Positions 14,203-27,663 of a DNA stretch of 54,387 nucleotides are shown here, in pieces. The translations under genes and the position numbers were made by a program. The stretch comes from Geosiphon pyriformis uo1 (taxonomy: Eukaryota; Fungi; Glomeromycota): contig JAAOMT010000479.1 of the NCBI GenBank assembly GCA_016748015.1, forward strand, positions 1-54,387, given 5' to 3'. The notes under the pieces are model-generated. The model was not told the DNA's origin, searched no databases, and saw only the letters and a program-made list of their open reading frames with translations. Numbering within the stretch: position 1 is the stretch's first letter; each line of letters starts with the position of its first letter.

Positions 14203-15414
14203 ATGACAGACCTCACTATTGTAGCGAGCACTGTTGATGGAGAGAATAATAAACCTCAAGCATTTACCTTTGTCGAACCAAACGCTCCTGTTGCCCACGT
14301 TCGTGAAGTGCCAGTTATTCCTGATATACCAATTCCCTTCCCACCCATAATAGACATTCGAGACTTCGTCTTAGGTAAACCAAATAAACCTTTGAAATCA
14401 AAAACCGCAAACAAATGGTTCCTATATCGCACATATTATACACAAGAGTTGAAAAAAAATGGTCATAATTTTCCTATGACGGATATATCTCCATATATCG
14501 CAAATAAATGGGCCAATGAGCCTAAACATGTGAAACAGCATTACGAATGTTTAGCAAAGGAAGCTAAAGCTATGTTCATTGCTATGCATCCTGAAAGTTC
14601 AACTACAACAAATATTGGTAACAGCAAAGTCGTTGACCTTCAAAAGAAGCAAAATTCTGGTTCAGGCAATAAATCAAAATCGAGTCGTACATTAAGATGT
14701 AACTCGACGAAATCACTCAAAAAAACCAAGACCGATACGCAATCGGTGGCCTCCCTTAAACAGACTTTCAACGATATTCCAGTGAAGATAGAAAGCCCTT
14801 TAAATTTTTGGCTTGCAAACTTCTTTCAACCCACTGATATGAACGACATGAGCCTCAATCCTGATGGCTTTTTGCAAAATCCTGCTTCTGACTTCTTTGA
14901 ATCTCCAGCTTCATTGGAGCGCAAAGTGCATCAATTATTACCTCTTTATTATTCAGCAGAACAACCTAACGAAGCTTTCATTACATCACACGAACAAATT
15001 GATAATAAACTTTACAACTTTCCGACTTCCATCTGTTCCCCAATTTCTGAACCTGACTCTATTTTCTCGTCTCAAACCAGCAGTAGTTGTGGTTTCGATG
15101 AAACAACATCATCTCCAACTCTCGGTTACTTTTCTACATCGCCCATCAAAGAAACTTCCGATACTGGTACATTTGAATTGTTTGACAATGTTCATTCGTT
15201 AGCAACAAATGAATGGATTTATAACAACAACAACAACAACAACAACAACAATAATAATAATAATATTATTAATAATAATGATGATGCAATATCCTTGAAT
15301 TCATATTACACTTTAAAAGACGGTCTCGCAGCTTTTTTCAATACCGGAGAGGAATCCTTCATGAATCTTCCTGATTATTCTTTTGTTTCTAATAATAGTT
15401 CTCTTATCAGTTAA
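14203..15414 (+). CDS. MATA-type HMG-box transcription factor, 403 aa, intronless
   Basis: IPFPPIIDIRDFV followed by the HMG box ANKWFLYRTYYTQELKKNGHNFPMTDISPYIANKWANEPKHVKQHYECLAKEAK; Ser-rich tail with poly-Asn. Confidence 0.92.
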   Translation: MTDLTIVASTVDGENNKPQAFTFVEPNAPVAHVREVPVIPDIPIPFPPIIDIRDFVLGKPNKPLKSKTANKWFLYRTYYTQELKKNGHNFPMTDISPYIANKWANEPKHVKQHYECLAKEAKAMFIAMHPESSTTTNIGNSKVVDLQKKQNSGSGNKSKSSRTLRCNSTKSLKKTKTDTQSVASLKQTFNDIPVKIESPLNFWLANFFQPTDMNDMSLNPDGFLQNPASDFFESPASLERKVHQLLPLYYSAEQPNEAFITSHEQIDNKLYNFPTSICSPISEPDSIFSSQTSSSCGFDETTSSPTLGYFSTSPIKETSDTGTFELFDNVHSLATNEWIYNNNNNNNNNNNNNNIINNNDDAISLNSYYTLKDGLAAFFNTGEESFMNLPDYSFVSNNSSLIS

Positions 15415-15756
15415 TATCTCAAAAACTTTACATTTCACAAATAGCATAGAGAGATTAGTTTTCTCGCTCCTAACACACATAAAGTTCATACATTTTCAGG
15501 GAATTTTAAATTTCCATTTTATACAGACACATTTTTTCTTTCCATCGGTCATCTTGGCTTGATTTCTTGGGGTATTTCCCTTCCCTAGCTTATTTGCTCT
15601 ATTTGGTTTGATACCATATTTCCAGCATTTATTGTAACATAGTAGATACCTTAGATATGTATCAATACATACACACACAACGGTGTCCCAATGTAAATAT
15701 TTTATTCATACACTCTTCCCCCCACCCCCCCCCCATACATAGTCTATATTCTTTAA

Positions 15757-15962
15757 ATATTTTTCCCTTTTATCTACTTCCCCTACACTGTCTTGATAAC
15801 TTATATATTTCTCCCTTTTATCTACCTCCCCCCATACTGTCTTGATAACTTATATATTTCTCCCTTTTATCTACCTCCCCCCATAATGTCTTGATAACTT
15901 ATATATTTTTCCCTTTTATCTATTACCCCCACACTGTTTTGATAACTTATATATTTCCCCTT
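15757..15962. repeat. Minisatellite, about 4 copies of a 48-49 bp unit
   Basis: Unit ccctttTATCTACCTCCCCCCATACTGTCTTGATAACTTATATATTTCT starting at about 15765, 15813, 15862 and 15911. Confidence 0.9.
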
Positions 15963-18900
15963 TTTTTTACTTATATATTTCCCCCTTTCATATAACTAGG
16001 TTACAAAATTTGATATAATACATTAAATTTCGGTTTCTCGTTAGAACATTAGATTTCCTAATTTCCAAATGAAACAAATTTCTCTTTTTACTTTTCAGAC
16101 TATTGACAATATCGGTTTGGGTTCTTGAAGTTTTTTCAAGATGTATCTTTGAAATTACATTTTTTTGTATTCTTGAAAATTTTAATAAAGAAAGTATAAT
16201 CCTGTAAAAACATGAAATATTTCGCATGAAAATTTTTGATAAAACGAAGATTGATTGAATGATGCCATACTTTTCTAATTTTGATTATTTTCATCAAACG
16301 ACATTTAAGCATAAAAAATTAAAATTGATGCCTTGAGATAAGAAACCTTGATTTTTTTAGTCTTAAAAATGGTTTAACAGAACAATCGAGTGTTCCAACG
16401 GCAGAAGAAAAACATTACGATTTAGCTCACAACTTCGCCCTCATAAATGACAATTTCCTGTCTGACGATTGTTAATAATGAAAACTCTAGTTATATTAAT
16501 TTATCCGGAGCAAAGTTTTGGAGATTTAAAATTTCTGGAAACATCACATCTCTTTTGGCTATAGAAACATTAAGACTATATAAAGATATAAAAAAATTTA
16601 TTTTTATTTTTCCACGAATAATAATATCAAGATTCTTGGGCAAAGTCAGATTTTATTTCTTTACAGTAAACCATAATTTTTCAGTAGTATATTCAAATTC
16701 TTTTATCTATCCTACTTTTTATGATTAGAAATCCTAAAAAAATTATTTCAAAGCCAATGAATTATTGGTATCCCTTTAGCAATCCATCACCATTGTTACC
16801 AAAATTATTTTCTCTTCCTAATATCAAAAAAAAAAAATTGCATTTCACATGATTGTAATGATTCTAATTTTTGTTTAAGATTTCAAGAAAATTTGATCAA
16901 ATCAATGAAACCAATAAACCATATCTTCGATTATGGTTTTTTCTTTTATCGATCTTTTCGGGTTTAGTTCAATTTGTAAATCTGGAAATATTAAAAAGGG
17001 AAAATCTTATGATTTTAAGCAACGCTTTTTCATAAAATGTATAATGAAGCTAATTTAAGATCACTGTGCTATATTTAAAATTTTCTTTATTCGCATTTTT
17101 TCTGTTAAAGATCGGGAATTTCCACTCCCCCACTGTATGTGCTGTATATCATTCAAGGGACTTTTTCTAGTTGATCTCGATTTTTTGAAATTATATGATC
17201 AGTTCATAAGTAGTATCCAATGACAAATTAACCACCTGGCTATTTCCTGATTGGCGAAGCAGGGTTGGAATAGTTCAGGCTCGATTGATGTTTGACTTTT
17301 ATGACGCTATTGTTATTTCATTACGTTTTGTATTATGCTATATGTGACGCAGCTTTTACGGGGCTACCAGCGAAACTTGATATAGAAATATATTGGGTAG
17401 CGATAACAGATAGTCAGAAAATTTGGCTGACAAGATTTGATAATTGATTGTGTAATCAGGCTTGACTAGTTTGGGAAATGGGAGTATTCTTAGAAAATTC
17501 TCTTTTATTAACACTCGGATTTTTAAAAGCGAATGGAAAAGTGATATTGCTTGATTTAAGGTAAAAAGATTGGAGGATCGAGAAGATCTGAAAGTTATCT
17601 AGAAAATTACCAGTCTAATGAGTTTTTCTGTTGCACCGATAGAATCCTAACAGATACATTATTATTTGGTTTGAACTTTAAATTTTTACGAGCTTTTGGA
17701 GCCCAAACACCGTGTGGTCTGTGCACAATATTCTAAATGTTCCTTTCTTTTATATCGTTGGAAATATTTTAAAGAAGCCCAATTTCCAATGACAGTCGTA
17801 CTAAAGACGTTCAGCCCTAGGTGATATTCTACACTTTTTTTTTTTTTTTTTTTTTAAATTCTATTCACATATTCCATAAAGTTTTCAAATGTGAAAATGT
17901 CATGGATTTTTTTGATTTGCGGGCAAAGACAGAGATCCTCTGATTTTCGAGTTTCAGTTCGATGTTTCTGGTCATTTTTAGAAAGGAAATATGTTCAAAA
18001 AGTAATTTATTAATTAATTATAAATTAAAGTTAATTTTGATAAAAAAAAAATTTTGGGGCGGGATATTTTTACAAAAGAGTAAATCTTTTTTAAATTTTA
18101 GCTTTAATATATAAAGAGAATATATATAGTTCAATTAAAATATGTGAGCAATCAAAAGTTGTTCAATTTGTTGACATAAAACTATTTAGTTTCATATGAA
18201 GAAATGAATTTGTTTATTGACTACCTAAAGAATAGATCTGAGAGTCCTGATTAAAAAATTATGACATTAATAATAGATTAATTTTAATCTTGAGACACAA
18301 TCAAAAAATAAGGTTTGATGCCAAAACATTATTATCAGTGTGAAGCGAAAATACTCGGAACAATTTGGCTGACCGTCTAGTAAACATAACTTTATTGGTA
18401 TATATATTTGAAAAATTCTCAAAGGTTAAAATCACAACTATTTTAGTATTTTTAATTGGTAATCTTATTTGACAATGCTTTTTTATTATTTCAGGAATCT
18501 AACCAGTAAAATGTAAAGTTTCGAATTTTGAGTGATTTAAAAATCCAAATATGATCATTTAAAAAAGAAGAAGCTCAAATGAGAAAAGGTCATGGACAGA
18601 ATATTTTTGTTTCAATATTTACTCGTAAACTTTTCATGGGACCAATGAACATGATTGAAAAATCTCCTCTATTAAGTAAGTAGAAATTTTAGAAATCGAT
18701 AAAAAATTTTTATTTTACATTGAAAGAGTTCGTTGTGACTAAATGAACAATCAATTTATTCCGATTGTGTTGGTTAGATACTGACGAAAAATTTTTCCTC
18801 TCTTTGATAAACAGAGATTGTATAGAAATTCTAATTCATGATTAGAATTGAACTTTTTTCGCTAGATAAATTTAATTTCGTTGGTTGAATTTAAAATTTT

Positions 18901-19158
18901 CACAATTTATCCCTCAATATATTTTGAATTTCTGTTCATTTAATTAAAAATATGGTGCTGTTTTGATAAAAATTTTTAGATTTTACCCCAAGAATTTCTG
19001 TTATTTAGATGAAAAATAAGTTAACCAGATATTCTAATTTTTTTGCTCATCACCTTAATGAAATTAATTAAATCATGATATTTTTTACATCATTCAGATA
19101 GTAGAGCAGATAAGAAAATAATTGTCCCAAATGATTATTAATTCACTTTTGTGTTAAT

Positions 19159-19224
19159 ATTATGATGATGATGATTATTATTATTATTATTTTATTATTA
19201 TTATTATTTATTATTTTATTATTA

Positions 19225-19257
<33 letters not shown>
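19159..19257. repeat. (TGA)n/(TTA)n microsatellite
   Basis: About 100 bp imperfect trinucleotide run. Confidence 0.9.
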
Positions 19258-19258
<1 letters not shown>

Positions 19259-20159
19259 AGTCCTTGAAAGACGCTTGATAAAAAATTTTTTTTTGCATAA
19301 AAAGACCTTAACTTTTGGGATCCGCCGAGCCCCAAAATGAAGTGACCTTTAGGACTTTCAGATTTTCAATTAACATTTAAGGGATTCCATTATGGCCATC
19401 GAAACTTTGTTGTTTGGAGCACAATATAGATATAAACTTGCGATTTCAAATTCAAAAAAATTTGATTACGCCAAATTTTTGGATCGAAATCATTTTGCCA
19501 AGAAATTCAATTGCTTTTGAGTTTGCTGTTTCTTTAAAAAACGCGTGCAAAGGTTTTTGATCGGGTCATTTGGGCAGCCCATCTGGTTTTTAGATCAACT
19601 GATAAGATGATCAAAAAAAACTATTTTGTCATTAGTGTTACCAAATTACCTGGTATCGGAACAAATATGATGCATATCCTTGATTCCAACCCATGAATAG
19701 ACAAATGGCTATTTTTATATCTCCGAGAATACCGAAATGTAACTATTTTTATAACTTGAGGGTTCCGAAAATTCCGGTAAATAAGTCATTCCCATATTTA
19801 GAAAATGGTTGTAACCTTTAGATTAATAGAACTTACGCTTAATATAGCTTTTAATGGAAATTGAAATGTGTTTATGATTCATTAGTTAGGAATTTTCTGT
19901 TTCGATCTACATAAATTAATTTTTTTTATTTGACATAATTTTTGTTTTTCTTTTATTTAAAAAATATTTGATACCAGCAATTTTTTAAACCAAATTTTTG
20001 GATAACAACGAAAGATGTGCAAATAATGGTCAAAAAATCAAATTTTAGAAATGAAAATAAATGCTTCTTACGGACGTGAAATTGATTAATTGCCACTTTT
20101 TGATAATTAAAAAGAATTGTATGAATGAGAATAAGATTAACTAGTTTCCTTGCACAAAA

Positions 20160-20199
<40 letters not shown>

Positions 20200-21699
20200 A
20201 TGATAAAAAGGTATAACAAACAAGGATATATATCTCATTGAAAATTCTATTCTTAAAATAGAGAATATTTAAAAAACAAAAGAATTGATTGTTCAATCAG
20301 ATTAAAATTTTTCCATATTAGATGCGAGACCCTTTTGTTTATACACACAAAAATTTTTTTTTTTGAGTAAAATAATTTACAAACTAACAGGGCTTGGATC
20401 CAAGTATATGATGTGAATTTTTGCGTAAAGGATTAAGTTCATACAGATTTTCATTTTTCATTTTGAAAAGAATATAACCTTGGAACTTGAGTCAAAGTTG
20501 ATTGACCAAAAAAGGTTTTAATCAAATTACCAAATTATCAAAATTTAAATATAAACCACATTAACGGTCAGCTAAAAATATCCAAGGATTTGAGCTTGAT
20601 AAATTCTGAGGATTTTCAGATAATCAGTTACTCGTGCAAAAGTGAATTTCCTAAATTGATTACTTTCGTTTAGTTTGATCGAAACTTTGAGAAAAAAATT
20701 CGATCTACTTGTAATCCATAAAATGAATAAATAAATTAGTCAATTTTTCATTTTCTGAAAATAATTTGGGTCTAAATAGAATTTAATTTTTAATATTTGT
20801 TCAAGAAAAAAGTTTATCTTTTAAATCAAAGGCCAAAAAAAGGAATGTTTCTCAAATTTAAATCTCACAAGTTTCACATATTTTGTTTTAAATGGAAAGA
20901 TGTTAAAGTTGTTAAAGATATTTTTTTTTGACCAGAAAGATAAAATATATTCGATTTTTTAAATGTTCTTTAAATATTTAATCTTAAATTAAGAGTTTTA
21001 ATAAAAAAATATAAACATGAATTGATCTTTTCTATATAACGGCCAATATTTTTTAATTTATCGATTCTAAACAGATTGGTGGTTTCATCCTAAAGGTTAA
21101 AAAGTAAAAATAATTTTACGTTTTTTTCCTTATTTTTAAACTATTTTCAATGCAAATTATATTCGTAAACCAATATTTGGTTAAATTGATAAATACTTGC
21201 TAGTGACATCAAATAAGACAATTATACAAAAATTATCCTACCTCACTGTCTATATTTGCATTTATATCCAAGTTGTTTTATTAACAGAATTTTGTATATA
21301 AATTTACATGTTTTAATTGAACATATGATAAAATAAAAAATAGATAATAACTCTACTAATTAAATATTTGAATACACTGATTTAGTCTAGTTTGTGTATA
21401 TTTTTGGTTTTTTTGTTCTAAATTTTTTTTTTAAAATAGTGCTTATTTAACTTTAATTTTTAGAATAATGAAATACAAGCTACCTTAATCAATTATATTT
21501 TTTTCTTATCTTATTTTTAAGAAACGCTATAGAAGGCATTAAAAATGTTTTTCAAACTTTAAGCTTAAAAATTTTTTAGTTAATAAGAATAATTATTCTC
21601 AATATTAACAAAATAATTGGTTTCAATTGAAATAATTGAAATAATTGTTGAAGCCGTTGTTAGTTGTATTCAAAAATGGTTGTTTGATTCGATTTCGAT

Positions 21700-22503
21700 T
21701 TATTTGGAGGTATCAAAAGTTGAGCTAGCAGCCATTGAAGGAACGGTGAAAAAATTCAATGGAAAGTGATGAAGTTGTTGTATATCAATCGTCAAATTAT
21801 ATGGAAAATTTTGTTGATTGAAATAATCCCTTGTTTCTTCACTTGACCATAAAGTTTTATCCATAATTGCGTGATCAGTAGCAGGATTTTGTGATGTACA
21901 AGATATATGTATGGATTGTGAGTTGAAACCCATTTGATCTTTCACAGAACTTGTAGGCACAGAAGAAATTGGATGTTTTGATAACGTTTGATCATTCGTT
22001 AAAGCCGAATGATTTTCATGCACATTGAGTCCAAAAGTATTCCCCTCTTCAACGTGATCATCTTTAATATTCTCAAAATTAACGAGAGACAAACTAATAT
22101 GAAGCCTTTCAACTTCATGAGCAATTTTTTCATAATGTCGAATCACATAATCTGGTTCTTCCTTCCAAGCTATTGCAGCCATACGAGAAACCTTACGCAT
22201 AGAAATTTTGTAACCAAAAGTTTGGAGTTGTTTCGCGTATTCGTTACGATATATTAGAAATTTGTTTATGCATCGTGAGCGCAAGTCACCATTTTCATTA
22301 GCCTTGATCAGGTCTAAAGGATTGATTTCGGGAGGGAAAGGAACGATTATATATGGATTTGGATCTGGGATGATATGCTGAACAGGTTCTTCCGGGGAGG
22401 TACAAACGAATGACTCTTGTATGAAAATCCATGATTGATTTTCCTTAGAGGCCAGATTATAATTAATTTGATGTGATTCATTCCCCGTAAAATTTGAATT
22501 CAT
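21700..22503 (-). CDS. MATA-type HMG-box transcription factor, 267 aa, intronless
   Basis: VPFPPEINPLDLI followed by the HMG box INKFLIYRNEYAKQLQTFGYKISMRKVSRMAAIAWKEEPDYVIRHYEKIAHEV. Confidence 0.9.
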   Translation of the reverse strand: MNSNFTGNESHQINYNLASKENQSWIFIQESFVCTSPEEPVQHIIPDPNPYIIVPFPPEINPLDLIKANENGDLRSRCINKFLIYRNEYAKQLQTFGYKISMRKVSRMAAIAWKEEPDYVIRHYEKIAHEVERLHISLSLVNFENIKDDHVEEGNTFGLNVHENHSALTNDQTLSKHPISSVPTSSVKDQMGFNSQSIHISCTSQNPATDHAIMDKTLWSSEETRDYFNQQNFPYNLTIDIQQLHHFPLNFFTVPSMAASSTFDTSK

Positions 22504-24356
22504 ATTAATATTAATGTATGCTTATTCGATATTTACAATAAAAAGAGTGCTTGAAAATCTGAAGAAGTCAAAGTTAAAAAGTTTGAACACAAAATATTCC
22601 CCTCCTTCAATCTGAAATTCTTTTTAAAAATCATAAATCTCATTCTCATTATATACATATTTTTTTTGTACTTTTCAAAGTCAGAGAAAATCGAATGAAA
22701 ACAACACGCGACAAAAAAATTTTCGATTTGTGGTCTATCATCTTGTTATTCAGCCTACATAAATGAATTACTGCATCAAATAATTTCATTCCGGGCTAAT
22801 TTCTCGGATATTAGGGATATTAGCTAAAATAACTCTAGATTTTATTGGTCAGACTAATCAGATCTGAGGATCCCAAACGATTGAGCATTATTCTTTGTTT
22901 GCATGTTTTGGCACCGCCGTCCACATTCCAAGTCCAAAATTTGTAGTTTCTGAATCCATTACTTCAGTGAAATAAAAGAAGACCAAGTATTTCATAGCAC
23001 GATCTTTGAACTGTTAGTCAACTTGACTCAGCTTCCCAAGAGGCCTTGACTCTGTTGTAAAAAAGAATTGCGCCCTATTTATTGAACTTGGTTTTCTTTA
23101 AATTGCTCGATTCCATTGTTAATTTCAAATATGTTTACCTTGAAGTTTTAGACCAAATCATTATTAATGGTACACAAATTGGCCCAATGGTACCTCAATA
23201 GAGGGATTTTTTCCCAACCGAAGAGATTGAAAAAATTTTTGCTTTATGCGATGCATGCACATCCCTTGAAACCATAACATTAATTAATTTTCAACAAAGA
23301 ACATTGAAAAGTTATATATGTTACAAACAATATATATGTACGCTTTATAGAATAAAGTGTGATAAATACTTTAAAATAATTTATCAAAAATCTAAAAAAT
23401 ATAATTTAGAATTATTAAATTTAACTTGATAAAATAAACAAACAAATAATTAATAAAAATATTACATAATACATTAAGCAATAAATGTAAAAAATATTCT
23501 CTGTAATTATGTTTATTCAATATTATTGAAAAATTAAGATATGAGCTTTAATTAAATATATTAACTTAAAGTGAAAAATATTTATATATCATTTAAATTT
23601 TGGGAATTTTATTTTCATTTTTGTCAAGCTTTTTATGCGTATATATATATATATATATATATATATTCATTTATATTTACTTTCATATTTGACATTTTAT
23701 ATTTTTTAGTTGTTTCATGTCAAATGAAAAATAATCACTATTATAAATTGTTTTTTTTTTTACTGGAATCATTTGTGAATACATTTTTTACTTTGGATTT
23801 CTCCATTTCAATACATGATATATTTAATTTTCATTGTTTCCTGTATCAATCTTGACTTTGGGAAAAAAACATATATTCAAAAGTAAAAATAGTATATATC
23901 GAGCTTGGTCTTGCAGATTGAACTAGGCATAATAATACATGAATTAAAAATTTATATACTAAATTTTTTGAATTATTCACGCTAAATTTTCCCAAACTAG
24001 TTATTCATGAATCGTTTTAGCCTATTTGCAGAGTGTCACCACTTTTAAGTATCAAAAAAAAGATTCATATTTTGACTAAAAGAATAGTATTTCTAACCAG
24101 TAGGAAATTCTATTCAAAAGTCTTTTAATCAGAAAATATGGGTAATTTTTTTTTCAATCAAAGAAGAAATTGATTTAAAAAAAAATGTGGAGCAAGACTT
24201 TAACTGAATTCTTTGGTGGTGTGAAAATAATCGAAAAGGAAATGCTAGAATCTCATTTATTCAAAAAATCCTAGGCGTTAATTATGGTTTCAGCTTGGCC
24301 AAAGGTTCATGGTAGTTGGTGAGAGTAAAAACTATCGTGATTCATTCCGAAATCTA

Positions 24357-25106
24357 TTACCTTATAGGGACGAATCTGAAGATTTTATCGAGTCCTGTAT
24401 GTGTCGATGATTTCCGATGGCGTTGAATTGCTTGGTGAATGTCTCGCACTATCCCTTTACCAGACAAATAGTGATCACCTAGAAGCCAATTACAAACACC
24501 ATCTCCTTTCTGGGCTCCTTTCTTAAGCCAATAAGCTGCTTTAACCGCGTCTTCTTTTACTCCCCTCCCGGTTCTGTAACGTATACCCAGCTCACGTGAT
24601 GCTAAATAATGACCTTGATGGGCCGCTTTTTGGCACCAGAATAGAGCTGAAGACAAGTCGATCCCGTTACTTACAGCAGGGTCATTACATGCATACAATT
24701 CTGCCATTTTGAATTGGGCCGCACTGATTCCAGAATTTGCGGACTTTTTATACCAATCCGATGCATTTTGATACTGACCAATACTTTTGCAAAAAAGTCC
24801 GTGAAAATACTGAGCAATTGGTTCACCCATTTCTGCGGCCTTTTTAAAATATCGCTGAGATGTATCAGCGCTATAGGTTCTCGAGGTTTTAAAAAGAACC
24901 GAGCAATGTTTATAGAAGAAACCAGTGAGAGCTAACCATTTTGCTGCCAGATCTTTTTTGTTGAGACGTTCCTGCAGCATTCGAATCAATGTCAAGCTCT
25001 CAATATTCTGTTCCTTCAAGTAAGTTTGGATTTTATTGGGAGTAGAATTAAAATCATCGTTTGATCCTTCAATTAAAATTTTCAGAATTTCGTGAAGGAC
25101 GCTCAT
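24357..25106 (-). CDS. Sel1-like repeat protein, 249 aa
   Basis: Repeated YFKKAAEMGEPIAQY, WYKKSANSGISAAQFKMA, WCQKAAHQGHYLASRELG, YRTGRGVKED..KAAYWLKKGA. Confidence 0.92.
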   Translation of the reverse strand: MSVLHEILKILIEGSNDDFNSTPNKIQTYLKEQNIESLTLIRMLQERLNKKDLAAKWLALTGFFYKHCSVLFKTSRTYSADTSQRYFKKAAEMGEPIAQYFHGLFCKSIGQYQNASDWYKKSANSGISAAQFKMAELYACNDPAVSNGIDLSSALFWCQKAAHQGHYLASRELGIRYRTGRGVKEDAVKAAYWLKKGAQKGDGVCNWLLGDHYLSGKGIVRDIHQAIQRHRKSSTHTGLDKIFRFVPIR

Positions 25107-27663
25107 TTTAGCTATAGTTTTGGAGAAAATATGATTTTGGAGTAAATCAGTAGTCGACGGTGGTTATTCACAGAAAACTTTTAACTAAAAATCAACTTTT
25201 CAAACCAAAACTTCTGAGGGTTCTTAGCTACTAACTAAGAAGCTTCACTCAGGGAAGCAGCGACAACTAGGTTGTCTGAGATCAAGAAAATTCAACATAA
25301 AAAGCTAGAAATAGAATTTATTTATACTCTGCAAAAAGGTATCACAAGAAGGCAAGTCGATCTCCTTTTGTTAAAAACTTCTAGAGCTTAACGATGACAC
25401 TAGCCATTCTTTAAAAGGACAAATGATCACCGGAAGGTTGTCTTTTAATACATTAAACGTCATCATAGAGAGTAAGCTTTAAATACTGGGATTTGAAGTT
25501 TTTAATACTTTTTTTTTTAACGATCAAGTAAAACCAAATTTCAATAAGGGGTTTATTACAATAATTCAATTTGGTGTTATGATAACCAAAACGTCTTATA
25601 TCCAAAATGAAGGGAAGAAGAAAAATTAAAAAACTACCATAAACCCAAAAAAAGTTCTCGATCGAATCGTCAATTTTTTGTTTTTGATTAATATAAGGAA
25701 TGAATCTAGAACTAGTTCCATTTAAATTATTGCCCCTATTTTTCTCTCATATCAGAAATTATTTTGAAAAACTTTACAAATATTTATTTTTCGATTTCTC
25801 AAAGAACATTTCTGGTGGCTTAAAAAGCTTTGACTTAGAGTACTTGGGATACATAGATCTAGATCAATGATAGACGCTCATAATTAGTTGATAAGTAAAT
25901 TTTTTAAACTTCTTGTATTACTTATACCTTAATAATTCATTTTATTTAAAGAGTAAGGAATCAAAAATCATTCAAATAGATATTCGCTCTGATTCTTTCA
26001 ATAGACAATATTGATGGTTAAAAGAAAATTTTTAGATTTAAAAACACTGCTGCAGAGTTGAAAGAATTAGAGTTAAAATAATATTAGCTATTAAATGGAA
26101 AGCAATACTTTCTTTTTTTTCCTCTACTATGAATCCGTGTTAATTTTTACAAAGGAAAGCTAATGTAACATCCCATTTCTCAAAATAATCAGAAATCATT
26201 TGTTTATCTTGAATAGAAAATTTCGATGTGAACTATTTATTGAATGGTAATTTTACGATTCTAAAATTTTATGACAATTATCCGAATTCTTAGATTAACC
26301 ACTATTGTGGATATAAAAAACAAATCTCGAATTAAAATATTGGTTAGAATTCCGAAAAATATTGAGGTATGTTTCCTTTAAGTACTTAAAATTAAGAAAT
26401 GATTTATGCCTAATTATGTGAATTAACTCTTTTCATATTTTATTGATGAGCAAAAAGGATTTTAAAAAAAGTTTTTTGATTTATGATAATAAAAATCACC
26501 TAGCCAAATTCTAGACCTCAATGCCAAAAAATCCATAAAAATAAATTGTTCAGTCTTTAATTCTTGAAACCATAATCCATTTCAATCATTTTTTTAAATA
26601 TTGGCTCAAATTAATTTTAAATTTTTCATTATATTAATGTGAATTAAGAAGTGTGTAATCAAAAAATTTTGATCTTTGTATATGATATTTAACAAATTTA
26701 TAATTTACTTTTTGTCCCAATAAAAGAAACCATTTTTTGAAAAAAGCTTGAGATATTTTAATTTTATTGATGAATCCACTGATAATTTATTTTACTAATT
26801 ACTGTCAGTCACAAAAATTTGATATTTTCTCACTAAATAATGTAACTCTCTTGAAGAGTTACGACCAATTTACTTTAACTGAATTCTCAATCCTTTTTCA
26901 AATAATAGAATTTATTTAGTGATTAATGAAATCTGTAACATGATTATTAAGGTAATAAAATTACAGCTTCTTTTTCTTGTAAAAGAAAGTATCAGCTCTA
27001 TAAAATGATGAAAAAAAGCTATAAAATAATTTTAAGAAGTCATAAGCTTTTCTTTGACTGACCTCCTATAAAAATCAATTGTATAATCTTGTAATACAAA
27101 AATTTTTTCATGTAATGTAAGACAGTAATTGATGATGTTGAAAGGAGTTTTTGAACAACTAAATTATATATTAATACTTTTAACATGGTGAAATCAAGGG
27201 AACTTTGTAGTTTGAGCTTTTTGACTATGAGATTTGTGTATATTTATTTGTAGTGAGCAATCTTCGGTATGTAAATAAAAATTTAGAGAGAAAGTTTTGA
27301 GCTTTCTCATTATTAAAACGTTGTATTCAAATTCATATTCAAACTTGAAAACGCACGCACATAAATATTTGACTTTTGATGAAAAGTTACCCTCGCTGCT
27401 GACTGAACTTTATAAAATCTGATGCTGCAATTAAGAGAAAAACTAGATAATCTTAAAATGAACTGGAAGATCATATGTCCGATCTGTATTATGCATCAGA
27501 ATCCATCAGGAAAGCAATTATTAATCTATTTCTTAAAATAAAAGCAAATGAAACCCTACCCAACTCTCAAGAGCTCTTGTCTTGATAATAACTTTTTATT
27601 GAATATCTAAAACGCAGTAAAATCTTGCTTCATTAAAAAGGTTGTTGGGCAAAAAAACTCGAA

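Noticed and set aside
15757-15962. CRISPR-like array
   Set aside because: Head-to-tail units without unique spacers; eukaryotic context; no cas genes.
16380-17800. GC-elevated patches between the HMG genes
   Set aside because: May be decayed coding DNA, but no motif could be assigned.
19953-20219. Poly-Lys ORF and other short AT-rich ORFs (e.g. 23571-23855)
   Set aside because: Derived from homopolymer or (AT)n runs; no coding signature.
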